DNA of 64,000 bases from Clostridiaceae bacterium (GTDB lineage Bacteria; Bacillota; Clostridia; Saccharofermentanales; DTU023), in contig DUVN01000028.1 of assembly GCA_012841015.1 (NCBI GenBank), positions 103,188 to 167,187 of the forward strand. The letters run 5' to 3'. Below are positions 38,056 through 47,175 of the stretch, piece by piece (position 1 is the first letter of the stretch; each line of letters starts with the position of its first letter). Below the pieces are notes generated by a model. That model worked only from the letters and a program-made list of their open reading frames with translations, had not been told where the DNA came from and made no database searches. Position numbers and translations under genes: made by a program.

Positions 38056-38921
38056 TCTGAATCTCCTCCTAAGAAAAACTCGATCGGCAGTGGTTTAACC
38101 GGTGGCCGATGAGCTGAGGGTTGAATCTCAGCAATCGGCTGCCCTGTCATGCGCGCGATCTCAGAGGCGATGAGAGGCCCGCACGTTCTCGCCTGACACG
38201 GTCCCATGCCAGCCCTGCTGATGCGTTTGATTTCGTCGACCGTCGTATACCCCTCGCGGATCAAATCGCGTATTACGCCCAAGGTAAGCCCCTCACAGCG
38301 GCAGATGATGATCTCGTCTTCATCGTTTTCCGTACCCGCCGTGTCGTCTATCTCAACCGTATCCAATACTTTTGACGATAAATCATCAGTGACAACACTC
38401 TGGTATGTAGATGACGGTTCTTCAGAATTAGACTTATCATCAATCAAGTTTAAAAACCGCACTTCATATACAAGCTCTGCAGGTATTTGCACAGTGATCA
38501 GCGGTGTCTTTGTCTTCTTTGATGCGAGGATGCGCGTCACAACACCATCACCAATAATATTTCCTTGACGGTTAACGGCACGCACTGTCTCGCCTTTTTC
38601 AGGCAATGGACGAAACTCATAAGGGATTGTGACGGTCGCCGTCCCGTCTCCTTTACTCTCATCGATGATAAAAATTGCAAGACCGGGGCAGACTCCTGCA
38701 CAGATGCCGCAGCCTGTACAGCGATCAAGGTCGATCGTTGGGATATCATTGATATCCTTCATCGGCAAAATCGCACCGAACGGACAAGATGTACTGCAGG
38801 GGTTACAAGGTATCTCTTGGAAACACTCAACCATAGCGTATGGTCCGCGTGCTCTTCGCTCCGGTGAGGGGATCAGCTTCTTAATTAATTCTTGTGTAGC
38901 GATTCCTGTATTAATAAGCAT
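38052..38921 (-). CDS. Fe-S subunit: 4Fe-4S ferredoxin-type motifs plus a BFD-like [2Fe-2S] domain
   Basis: CNPCSTSCP and CTGCGICAGVCP (ferredoxin-type). C-terminal ICRCEG...GMGPCQARTC (BFD-like 2Fe-2S pattern). Confidence 0.7.
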   Translation of the reverse strand: MLINTGIATQELIKKLIPSPERRARGPYAMVECFQEIPCNPCSTSCPFGAILPMKDINDIPTIDLDRCTGCGICAGVCPGLAIFIIDESKGDGTATVTIPYEFRPLPEKGETVRAVNRQGNIIGDGVVTRILASKKTKTPLITVQIPAELVYEVRFLNLIDDKSNSEEPSSTYQSVVTDDLSSKVLDTVEIDDTAGTENDEDEIIICRCEGLTLGVIRDLIREGYTTVDEIKRISRAGMGPCQARTCGPLIASEIARMTGQPIAEIQPSAHRPPVKPLPIEFFLGGDSE

Positions 38922-38939
38922 AGTGACTCCTTTTTGGCC

Positions 38940-40025
38940 CTATCGGCATTCTGCACAGGCGAGTCCTGAGCGAATCTTTTCAGCAGTCGGGCCTGAGCGA
39001 AGTGCCGCTAACTGTTCCATGCAATCGTTACGTTCCTCGCAGTATCGTTCACTTTTGAAACCGAGCGAGGCGGCTGCCTCGAGTCCTGCAAGACGTCCTT
39101 CGACCATAGCGGCGCTCGCCTCCTCAATGCCTGAGACGTCGCCGGCGATGAAGACACCTTTGACTGTCGTTTCGAGGCAATCATTGCGCAGGGGAACGCT
39201 TCCACCCAACGAAGGAATATAGCGCATCTTACATCCTGCCTGCCAAAGCAATTCAGCTAAGGGTGTCAGACCGACAGAGATACAGATGACGTCGCACGCG
39301 ATCGTCTTCATCGTTCTTTGTATCACGTTCCACCCCCGATCGATCTCTGCGATCGTCGCAGATTCAACAGACTCCGCACCGTCAGCTCGCACGATTGTAT
39401 GGGATGTCAAGATTGGAACGCCTGCACGTCGAACTTTGCTTGCGTGAACGGCATAGCCGCCGATGTGTGGCAGCCCCTCAACGATTGCCGCCACAGAGAC
39501 ACCTGCCTGTAATAGTTGATAGCTGACGATCAGGCCGATGTTTCCCGCGCCGATCATCAGGACGCGCTGTCCAGGGCGGATACCGTAGACATTCATCATC
39601 GTCTGAACGGCACCGGCTCCGTATATGCCAGGTAAATCGTTGTTAGGAAACGATAGAAATTTTTCAGAGGCGCCTGTCGCGACGACAACACGCATCGGTT
39701 TCACTTTTTTGTAGATGCCATTGTGGTCAATCGTGATGACACCATCTTCGTAGAAGCCGATCACTGTAGCGCTTTTCCAGACTGTCACACGCTCACCGAA
39801 AGAGCCTAATCGATCGCCGAGCATCGTCGAGATGTCATTTCCGCGCATGGAAGCGTGTTGCTCTTCTGATCCGAAGAATTTGTGAGTCTGTTTGACGAGT
39901 TGCCCTCCGAGATGTCCATCGCGCTCAAGGAGCAAAACTTTTGCACCTGCCTCGGCTGCCGTGTTAGCTGCCATCAGTCCGGCAGGGCCTCCACCGATGA
40001 CTGCGAGATCAATTTCATACATCAT
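38940..40025 (-). CDS. NAD(P)/FAD-dependent pyridine-nucleotide-disulfide-type oxidoreductase (alpha-like subunit)
   Basis: Two Rossmann motifs, AVIGGGPAGLMAA and MIGAGNIGLIVS, plus FIAGDVSG. This is like the N-terminal part of SoxA / HcnB / OoxA. Confidence 0.75.
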   Translation of the reverse strand: MMYEIDLAVIGGGPAGLMAANTAAEAGAKVLLLERDGHLGGQLVKQTHKFFGSEEQHASMRGNDISTMLGDRLGSFGERVTVWKSATVIGFYEDGVITIDHNGIYKKVKPMRVVVATGASEKFLSFPNNDLPGIYGAGAVQTMMNVYGIRPGQRVLMIGAGNIGLIVSYQLLQAGVSVAAIVEGLPHIGGYAVHASKVRRAGVPILTSHTIVRADGAESVESATIAEIDRGWNVIQRTMKTIACDVICISVGLTPLAELLWQAGCKMRYIPSLGGSVPLRNDCLETTVKGVFIAGDVSGIEEASAAMVEGRLAGLEAAASLGFKSERYCEERNDCMEQLAALRSGPTAEKIRSGLACAECR

Positions 40026-40335
40026 CTGGCACCCCGCGATCGTACTGCGTCTCGACGATCATGCCCGACTTTAATGGCGCGGTACATGTACGCACATTTG
40101 ATTTCCCATTGACGATCATGAGACAAGATGAACAGTTGCCGATCGCACAATAAAATCCGCGCGGCCGTTTTGTCATGAAGTGATAACCCAATACCTTGAC
40201 GCCGTTTGCGTGGAGGGCAGAGGCAATCGTATCGCCCTCTCTGCCTTCCATCGGCTTGCCGTCGAATGTAAAGTGGATAATTTCACCCTCACTGAACTGC
40301 AAGATCGGATGATTGGTGATTCGTCGATCTCCCAT
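40015..40335 (-). CDS. Small (2Fe-2S)-binding subunit (HcnA / SoxA N-terminal-like)
   Basis: FTFDGKPMEGREGDTIASALHANGV...YCAIGNCSSCLMIVNGKSNVRTC. ATG 40335 follows RBS GAGGGGG; the track start 40389 is probably too far upstream. Confidence 0.7.
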   Translation of the reverse strand: MGDRRITNHPILQFSEGEIIHFTFDGKPMEGREGDTIASALHANGVKVLGYHFMTKRPRGFYCAIGNCSSCLMIVNGKSNVRTCTAPLKSGMIVETQYDRGVPDDV

Positions 40336-40488
40336 AAAAACCCCCTCTAATATGTTTTGATGTCCGCTGATGTTACATTTTTTTGGCAACGTAAGCGGCC
40401 ATCTATTGTTTGATGCTTCTCCCTATAGTAACTTATTCAACTTCAACGCCTTCTGCTACGTTGGGGAGGAGTTCACACCTACCAAGTT

Positions 40489-42114
40489 TTAATCTTCAAC
40501 CATGTAAGGGTACGCAATGTCGTAAATCGGTACGAACGTCTCCTTGATGACGCGCGGGCTCGTCCAGCGAATCATGTTTAGGAGCGATCCGGCCTTGTCG
40601 TTCGTCCCCGATGCGCGCGAGCCGCCAAACGGCTGCTGACCGACGACGGCACCTGTCGGCTTGTCGTTCAGATAGAAGTTGCCGGCAGCGTGGCGCAGAC
40701 GACTCTCCATGGCAACGAGGACTTTGCGGTTCTTAGCAAAAACTGCTCCTGTTAGAGCGTACGGCGATGACGAATCACAGAGATCGAGCGTCTCTTCGAA
40801 ACGATCATCTTCATAGACGTACACAGTCAGCACGGGACCGAAAATCTCTTCACACATACTCTCATAATGGGGATCTTTTGCCTCAATGACGGTCGGATAG
40901 ATAAAGTAACCTTTACTGTCATCGTAGCCGCCACACAAAACATCGGCTTCTTTTGACTCTTTTGCTCTGTCAATATAGCCTTTGATGCGATCGAACGACT
41001 CCCGATCGATGACGGCCGACATGAATGTCGTGAAATCAGCCGGATCGCCGATTTTGAGCTCTTCAATCTCTCGAAGAAGAAGTGTCTTTACCTTTGGCCA
41101 AATGCTCCTAGGGATGTAGGCGCGCGAGGCAGCTGAACACTTTTGTCCTTGGTATTCGAAAGCGCCGCGTACGAGTGCGGCGATTAGGGCTCCAACGTCA
41201 GCAGAGTTATGAGCGAAGACGAAATCCTTGCCGCCCGTCTCTCCGACAAGACGTGGGTACTGCTCATAGTTAGAAATGTTGCAGCCGACTTCTCGCCAAA
41301 TTTCATTGAAGGTCGCCGTCGAGCCAGTGAAGTGTACGCCTCCGAGACGCGGATCTCTGACGACGTGTGCACCGACATCGCGCCCGGAAGACGGCACGAA
41401 GTTGATGACACCAGGCGGGAGGCCTGCTTCGCAAAGGAGTAAGTAGATGTAATAGCCAGAGAGTGCTGCCCTCCCTGCAGGTTTCCATACAACCGTGTTG
41501 CCCATGAGAGCTGGTGCGAACGGCAAATTCGCCGCGATTGATGTAAAGTTGAATGGAGTCACCGCGAGCACAAAGCCGTCTAGAGGGCGATACTCCATTC
41601 TATTCCATGTCCCTTTTACGCTGTCAGGTTGAATTTTGTAGATCTCATTGGAATAGGCGACATTAAAACGAAAGAAGTCGCAAAGCTCACAAGCAGAGTC
41701 AATTTCCGCTTGGTATACAGTCTTGCTCTGTCCGAGCATCGTCGCAGCATTAATGATGTCACGCCACGGACCCGATAACAATTCGGCCGCTTTGAGGAAA
41801 ATTCCTTGTCGGTGCGAGTGAGGCATTGTCGCCCAACTCTTTTTCGCTTCGAGTGCAGTATCGATCGCGAGCTTTAATTCTTTTTCGCCTGCTTGGTGGA
41901 CGCGGGCAAGTACGTGCTTGTGATTGTGAGGCATGACGACCTCTTTCAGTTTCCCGGTGCTAATATCTTTGCCCCCTATAATGACCGGGATATCGAGTGT
42001 GATCGCTGACTGCCTCTTGAGCTCAGCCTTGAGAGATTCACGCGCCGGAGAACCGGGAGTGTAATCAAGGAGTGGCTCATTTTTTACTGCTGGAAGTTGG
42101 AAGTGTCCGTTCAT
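40489..42114 (-). CDS. pruA: L-glutamate gamma-semialdehyde (1-pyrroline-5-carboxylate) dehydrogenase
   Basis: 541 aa long-form ALDH4-type: VTPFNFTSIA, VVWKP, GETGGKDF, YQGQKCSA (catalytic Cys) and EEIFGPV...GAVVGQQPFGGSRASGTNDKAGS (characteristic P5CDH C-terminus). Confidence 0.88.
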   Translation of the reverse strand: MNGHFQLPAVKNEPLLDYTPGSPARESLKAELKRQSAITLDIPVIIGGKDISTGKLKEVVMPHNHKHVLARVHQAGEKELKLAIDTALEAKKSWATMPHSHRQGIFLKAAELLSGPWRDIINAATMLGQSKTVYQAEIDSACELCDFFRFNVAYSNEIYKIQPDSVKGTWNRMEYRPLDGFVLAVTPFNFTSIAANLPFAPALMGNTVVWKPAGRAALSGYYIYLLLCEAGLPPGVINFVPSSGRDVGAHVVRDPRLGGVHFTGSTATFNEIWREVGCNISNYEQYPRLVGETGGKDFVFAHNSADVGALIAALVRGAFEYQGQKCSAASRAYIPRSIWPKVKTLLLREIEELKIGDPADFTTFMSAVIDRESFDRIKGYIDRAKESKEADVLCGGYDDSKGYFIYPTVIEAKDPHYESMCEEIFGPVLTVYVYEDDRFEETLDLCDSSSPYALTGAVFAKNRKVLVAMESRLRHAAGNFYLNDKPTGAVVGQQPFGGSRASGTNDKAGSLLNMIRWTSPRVIKETFVPIYDIAYPYMVED

Positions 42115-42432
42115 CGTATCGTCCTTTCTGCTTCAAGTTACGATTTTGATTATTCACCGTACCTATTATAATGCATAAAAAATATTTATCCAGTGTTGAG
42201 ATATTGTTGCAAATTTAGACAATGGGACACATCATGCAAATAGAATCTCTCCTCGAAAGATGTAAAAGTGTAAACATAAGTCTCTGTGTAATAGAAGTTA
42301 TATCTAAAATCATGTGAGCTGGAAAGGAGATCGAATCGCAACTGAGAACACGCTCCTAACGATCGGGTCGCACGTACAATTTTTTATTGTATCGGAAGAG
42401 GATACATTCGAAAATTGAATAACCTGTAGAAA

Positions 42433-43482
42433 TCAATTCGTGGCGGGAAACCATTTCCGTAGAAATTCCAACAACGCTTCTGTATAAGCATCAGGATTCT
42501 CTTCGTAAGACGTAAGGTGTCCCGTTCCTTCTGATTCGTAAAGAAAGGTCCATGCAGGGTGTAATCGTATACGCTCTTCGATCATGGGGCGATATGCCGC
42601 ATCAGGGAGAATGCTATCTTTCTCGTGTACAAAAATCATAACAGGGAGCGTTAATGTCGTGAATTTTGCGAAGTGATCCGTTTGCTCGCTATTGCCGAGC
42701 GATAATCTAATGGCATAGGGCGTCGTATTCTTTAGCCAGAAAAACAATTTGTTGCCCTCTTCCTGAATGGCAGCTTTGATAAAATCGTCGCTGTCCCTTG
42801 CTGGTGAGTCGACAATGATAGCGCTGATTCTCTTTCTTATATCAGTGGCCGTAAGCGTAGACTTGGATGCCGAGTCCTTTTGCTCAGTTGCTTCGTCGAC
42901 ATCGCTGTCGGAAATCTCTTGATGCAATTGGTCCATCATGCGGAAAATAGCAGTTGTACCAGAACCGAATCCGTAGAGAACAATCGGTACATTAGATGTG
43001 TTCTTAATAGTCCACTCAAGCGCCATACGCACGTCTTCTGCCTCTGCGTAGCCGAATGATGACATTTCGCCCTTCGATTCCCCGGAATGACGCAAATCGA
43101 AAGCGAGAATTTGAAAACCTGCTTTGGTGAGTTGGCTGTAGAGAGACGTCGTTGCAAGTCCATACGGCAACCTGTTGCCTCTCTGTTGGTGGACGATGAT
43201 CAACGTCGCACGCGGAGGAGTTGTTCGCGTTTCAATGAGCCACCCTTTCAGCGATATTTGACCTCCCCCTGACGTAAAACTGACTGAACGAAAAGAAGAG
43301 AAGCGATTTGTCGCATAGGGAGGTATGGACTCGCCAGTAATTTTCATGAGCCTATCGGCCTTCACAAGGCTGCTGATCATGACGAGTACAATAGAAGCCA
43401 CAACAACGGCTAGGGCGATAAAAATGTAGAACACCGCGCGGCGTCTGATTATCCATGATTTGTTCTTTAACTTACGTAACAA
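42433..43482 (-). CDS. Membrane-anchored alpha/beta-hydrolase-fold protein
   Basis: N-terminal TM (VFYIFIALAVVVASIVLVMISSL). LIIVHQQRGN...FDLRHSGESKG...LYGFGSGTTA...HEKDSILP...GTGH is compatible with the hydrolase order, but the nucleophile elbow is non-canonical. Confidence 0.55.
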   Translation of the reverse strand: MLRKLKNKSWIIRRRAVFYIFIALAVVVASIVLVMISSLVKADRLMKITGESIPPYATNRFSSFRSVSFTSGGGQISLKGWLIETRTTPPRATLIIVHQQRGNRLPYGLATTSLYSQLTKAGFQILAFDLRHSGESKGEMSSFGYAEAEDVRMALEWTIKNTSNVPIVLYGFGSGTTAIFRMMDQLHQEISDSDVDEATEQKDSASKSTLTATDIRKRISAIIVDSPARDSDDFIKAAIQEEGNKLFFWLKNTTPYAIRLSLGNSEQTDHFAKFTTLTLPVMIFVHEKDSILPDAAYRPMIEERIRLHPAWTFLYESEGTGHLTSYEENPDAYTEALLEFLRKWFPATN

Positions 43483-43584
43483 TTGACGACATTCTCACAT
43501 TCGATTAAATTCAATCTTCAACTTGATGATATCATGTTGATTTGAATGAGACCATCTGTTCTTGTGCCAACTCTTGCCTCGCCG

Positions 43585-43760
43585 CTCAAGACTCTGATAC
43601 TCTCAGGGCGAGTATTGTCGGACTTGTAGCGGTGGTTCACCTAGCTTAGCGAGATCGGAATCTTGATATTCTCACGGCGAGATTCATACAGGTCTCACAC
43701 CGAAAGTTCGATCTACTGGGACAAGTCCTCGATCTTGATATTCCCAAGACGAAGATTTCG
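43585..43760. repeat. Three degenerate ~70-bp direct repeats in the hydrolase/tsaD divergent intergenic region
   Basis: CTCTGATACTCTCAGGGCGAG (43592), TCTTGATATTCTCACGGCGAG (43661) and TCTTGATATTCCCAAGACGAAG (43733), with partially similar flanks. Confidence 0.7.
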
Positions 43761-43806
43761 ATAATAACTTTGAACAGAAGAGTAGAGAAAGATAGGATAT
43801 AAACGT

Positions 43807-44898
43807 TTGAATCAAATGAAAGATAATAATAAAAATCTCATATTAGGGATCGAGACATCGTGCGATGAAACGGCTGCAGCCGTCGTCGCAAACGGTATGA
43901 TGATTCTGTCAAATGTGATCGCATCTCAGATCAACTTGCATGCGGAATATGGCGGTGTTGTTCCCGAGATCGCGTCGCGCGAGCACGTCAAGTCGATCCT
44001 GCCTGTCATTGATCGCGCTTTGAGTGATGCTGATATTTCACTTGATGATTTGACCGCCATCGCTGTAACATACGGGCCGGGGCTTGTAGGGGCTTTGCTC
44101 GTCGGCGTCTCTGCTGCGAAGGGTTTGGCCGCTGCGACCGGACTGCCTCTGATTCCTGTGAACCATCTGGAAGGTCATATCGCGTCATCTTACTTGGCCG
44201 ATCCGTCGCTTGAGCCTCCGTTCCTTTGTCTCATCGTTTCGGGCGGTCATTCATCACTCGTCGAAGTCTTAGATTACACGTGTTATCGGACGCTCGCACG
44301 GACGAGAGACGATGCGCCAGGAGAGGCATTCGACAAGATTGCACGGAGTATTGGTCTAGGCTATCCCGGCGGGCCGCTTATCGAGCGCGCTTCAGAAGGT
44401 GGAAATTCAGACGCTTTTTACCTTCCCGTAACGCATTTCTCCGACTCCTACGATTTTTCTTTCAGCGGTGTCAAGACGGCAGCCATCAACGCCTATAGGA
44501 AAATTGAACGTGAAGCTGCTCAAGAGGGGAGAGACTGGCCTCTATCGTGCTCACAGGCCGATTTTGCGGCTACGTTTCAGGCGTCGATCGTCGAAGCGCT
44601 CGTCAAGCACACGGAGGCGGCCCTCATCGATACGGGATACAAAACGCTCGTGCTCGGAGGAGGCGTATCAGCGAACAAGAAACTTCGAGAGGTGATGCGA
44701 GAGATGACAGACTCGATCGGTGTTAGGCTTATCGTTCCGCTTCCTGTGTACTGCACAGATAATGCTGCGATGATCGCCTCTGCCGGTTATTTTGCTTGGA
44801 AAGATGGTAGACGTGCAGCGCTCGATCTCAATGCTGTCCCCATGGCAGAACTCGAAGAGATTATCGGTCAGTCAACAAGGGAAGGAGAGACACGCTGA
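43807..44898 (+). CDS. tsaD: tRNA N6-adenosine threonylcarbamoyltransferase
   Basis: ILGIETSCDETAAAVV, GVVPEIASREH, GPGLVGALLVG, NHLEGH and GGVSANKKLR. The start is TTG 43807 or ATG 43816. Confidence 0.93.
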   Translation: MNQMKDNNKNLILGIETSCDETAAAVVANGMMILSNVIASQINLHAEYGGVVPEIASREHVKSILPVIDRALSDADISLDDLTAIAVTYGPGLVGALLVGVSAAKGLAAATGLPLIPVNHLEGHIASSYLADPSLEPPFLCLIVSGGHSSLVEVLDYTCYRTLARTRDDAPGEAFDKIARSIGLGYPGGPLIERASEGGNSDAFYLPVTHFSDSYDFSFSGVKTAAINAYRKIEREAAQEGRDWPLSCSQADFAATFQASIVEALVKHTEAALIDTGYKTLVLGGGVSANKKLREVMREMTDSIGVRLIVPLPVYCTDNAAMIASAGYFAWKDGRRAALDLNAVPMAELEEIIGQSTREGETR

Positions 44899-45368
44899 TG
44901 AGTAAAGATGCAAAAAAGACGAAGCTTATCACGGAAAACAGGCGTGCACGCTTTGAGTACCATATCCTCCGTCGCCTTGAGACGGGGATTGTCTTGACGG
45001 GTACTGAAGTAAAGTCGATTCGGCAAGGTCACCTTAGTCTCGGGGAAGCTTACGTAACTGTCCGTGATGGAGAACTCTTCTTGATCGGTGCTCACATTCG
45101 ACCGTATGAACAAGGCAACCGATTCAACCCTGATCCGACGCGCGACCGAAAGTTGCTCGCTCATAAACACGAGATTCGTCAACTCGACGTTGCCACGCAG
45201 CAGCGCGGCATGACGCTCATTCCTCTTAGAGCGTATTTTGTTGACGGTCGCGTCAAAATCGAAATCGGTGTCGCGCGAGGGAAGAAGCTTTACGACAAGC
45301 GCGAAGCGATTAAAGAGCGCTCGCAGGAGCGCGATATTCGCAAACGTATGAAAGAGATGAGCCGATAA
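44898..45368 (+). CDS. smpB: SsrA-binding protein
   Basis: ITENRRARFEYHILRRLETGIVLTGTEVKSIRQG...KLLAHKHEI...KKLYDKREAIKER. The start overlaps the tsaD stop (TGATG). Confidence 0.95.
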   Translation: MSKDAKKTKLITENRRARFEYHILRRLETGIVLTGTEVKSIRQGHLSLGEAYVTVRDGELFLIGAHIRPYEQGNRFNPDPTRDRKLLAHKHEIRQLDVATQQRGMTLIPLRAYFVDGRVKIEIGVARGKKLYDKREAIKERSQERDIRKRMKEMSR

Positions 45369-45497
45369 GAAGGCAATGAAGCGGTTATACTTGGCGTTAC
45401 AAAACAATTAAGTTACACGTGACAAAACAATGTCTAGAACAGTTTAACTAGATTCCGACATAATGAAATGGTAAAGAGAAAGTGAGATGATAAAACA

Positions 45498-46061
45498 ATG
45501 ACATTATCGTATCGATTGAATAAAGACGACACGCTCCTCCTTGTCATTGACCTCCAAGAGCGCTTGGTTCCCGCCATGTATGATAAAGATTCTTTGTTAA
45601 CGCAGGTGGAAGTGCTGCTCAATGTCGCCAAAGTATTTGACTTGCCCGTCATCGTGACGGAACAATATCCAAAAGGGCTTGGACCTACAGTTGCATCTCT
45701 TGTATCGTTTATTCAGTCAGAGAAACTTAACGCCGATGTGTTCGATAAGATCCATTTTACGGCCATGACAACCGAGGTAAAAGAACGCCTGATACAGTAT
45801 GATCGCAAACAAGTAATTGTCATCGGGGCAGAGACACACGTCTGTATCTTTCAGACGGTGCGCGATTTACTCTCGGAAGGGTACGAAGTCTTTGTCCCGC
45901 ACGATGCCGTCGACTCACGGTCGATAGAAAACAAAAAGGTCGCACTCGCTTTGTTCAGAGAGATGGGTGCCGTTGTTACAAGCACGGAGACGATACTTTT
46001 CGACTTGTTGCAAGTCGCAGGCACACCAGAGTTCAAAAAGCTTTCAGCGTTGATCAAGTGA
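45498..46061 (+). CDS. Isochorismatase-family cysteine hydrolase
   Basis: LLLVIDLQERL, VIVTEQYPKGLGPT and VIVIGAETHVCIFQTVRDLL (catalytic Cys context). Confidence 0.8.
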   Translation: MTLSYRLNKDDTLLLVIDLQERLVPAMYDKDSLLTQVEVLLNVAKVFDLPVIVTEQYPKGLGPTVASLVSFIQSEKLNADVFDKIHFTAMTTEVKERLIQYDRKQVIVIGAETHVCIFQTVRDLLSEGYEVFVPHDAVDSRSIENKKVALALFREMGAVVTSTETILFDLLQVAGTPEFKKLSALIK

Positions 46062-46120
46062 TTGATGTTACCGTTCGTGTAAAGAACGTCAATTCATGTT
46101 AAGATAATGGTGCCTTTTAT

Positions 46121-46495
46121 GGGAGCGTACTGGTTTCGACGGGGTTGTGGAGATCAGGAAAGCGGGTAGAGGATTCTCGTTGGCCTCTTAAATAAACGAG
46201 AGCTCTTATAATTGCCAACAAACCGGCACTCGCAGCGGCATAACCGTTGCCGTCTGGCCGACTGATCTGCAAGTCGTATCTGGACGTTAACAGCGCAGAC
46301 CTTCCCTCGGTGGCAGGTTAAACGAGGCTCCCGGCGGGTGAATGTCTTGACACCCGTTGCGTATCATCAGACTACCCGACCGACAAGACTGCCTGTGATC
46401 GAATCGGAAGGGGAATTAATAATCGCAGGCTGCACCCGGAGATGTCCTTTTTGATGCAGTTTCGGACAGGGGTTCGACTCCCCTCGCTTCCACCA
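46121..46495 (+). ncRNA. ssrA: tmRNA (transfer-messenger RNA)
   Basis: The 5' GGGAGCGTACTGGTTTCGACGGGG pairs with the 3' ...GGACAGGGGTTCGACTCCCCTCGCTTCCACCA (acceptor stem GGGAGCG/CGCTTCC with G3-U, T-arm GGTTCGACTCC, encoded CCA). The tag reading frame ends ...GCC AAC AAA CCG GCA CTC GCA GCG GCA TAA (ANKPALAAA-stop, 46214-46243; an alternative resume codon is GCT 46202). It lies next to smpB. Confidence 0.93.
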
Positions 46496-46502
46496 TATTT
46501 GT

Positions 46503-46538
46503 CCTAAAACGCCTTCATACCAGGCGTTTTAGGTTTTT
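46503..46538 (+). terminator. Rho-independent terminator of ssrA
   Basis: Perfect 11-bp stem CCTAAAACGCC / GGCGTTTTAGG, a 9-nt loop, then TTTTT. Confidence 0.85.
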
Positions 46539-47175
46539 ATGTTTGAACTCATTTCCACCATTTTCAAGGTGATGACCGCGATTAGCTTGACACAGAGCAC
46601 AAGCAAAGGAAATCGGTTGTTATCTTAAAAGAGCAGCATCAGTGCTTAGCTCATCGTCCGATTGTCTGACGAATGCAATCTTTTGCTGAATCGGGCAAAG
46701 TGTTTACACACGATCGGTGCACTTCATAAAATCGTCGGGGAAGGCGATGTCTATGGCTATGACGGATGAATTATAATAACGATAACACGTTAAGGTTGTG
46801 GATAGTCAACCCCCAAAGCACGTACCGATACGTATCGTTATCACGATGGTGCGGGGGAGTGGATAGTAGAACCTTGTAAACGGAGCCTCGGCTCAAATGG
46901 GTCCATTGAAGCCAGAGTGCACCTGATTGAGATGCATTTTGACAGCATCGGCAAAATCACGAATATTGCGATGGAACTCTTGAAATAAACAGGAGAAAAG
47001 TTAGCCATCGACATTTTCAATATGACCGTCGGGCTCAATTCGCTTATTGGCAGAATGCGTCACGACACACCGTTTACGTTTATCGGGATATTTCGCACGT
47101 TCAGAGAAGATGATCATCTTGTGTTAGACCGGAACGGCTTCCTTATTGAGCAAGGCGACTAGAAAGGAACGCGCC

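Noticed and set aside
36757-39222. Plus-strand ORFs antisense to the dehydrogenase operon (36757-37221, 37385-37642, 38121-38375, 38206-38568, 38565-38867, 38629-39222)
   Set aside because: The minus-strand genes have clear cofactor-binding motifs and operon-like spacing. The plus-strand ORFs are Arg/Ser/Pro-rich shadows.
46560-47145. Integrase, prophage or attR next to the tmRNA gene
   Set aside because: No tyrosine or serine recombinase motifs were found in any frame. There are only interrupted ORF fragments open on both strands that I cannot assign, and the only repeat of the ssrA end is 9 nt. I did not call a mobile element here.
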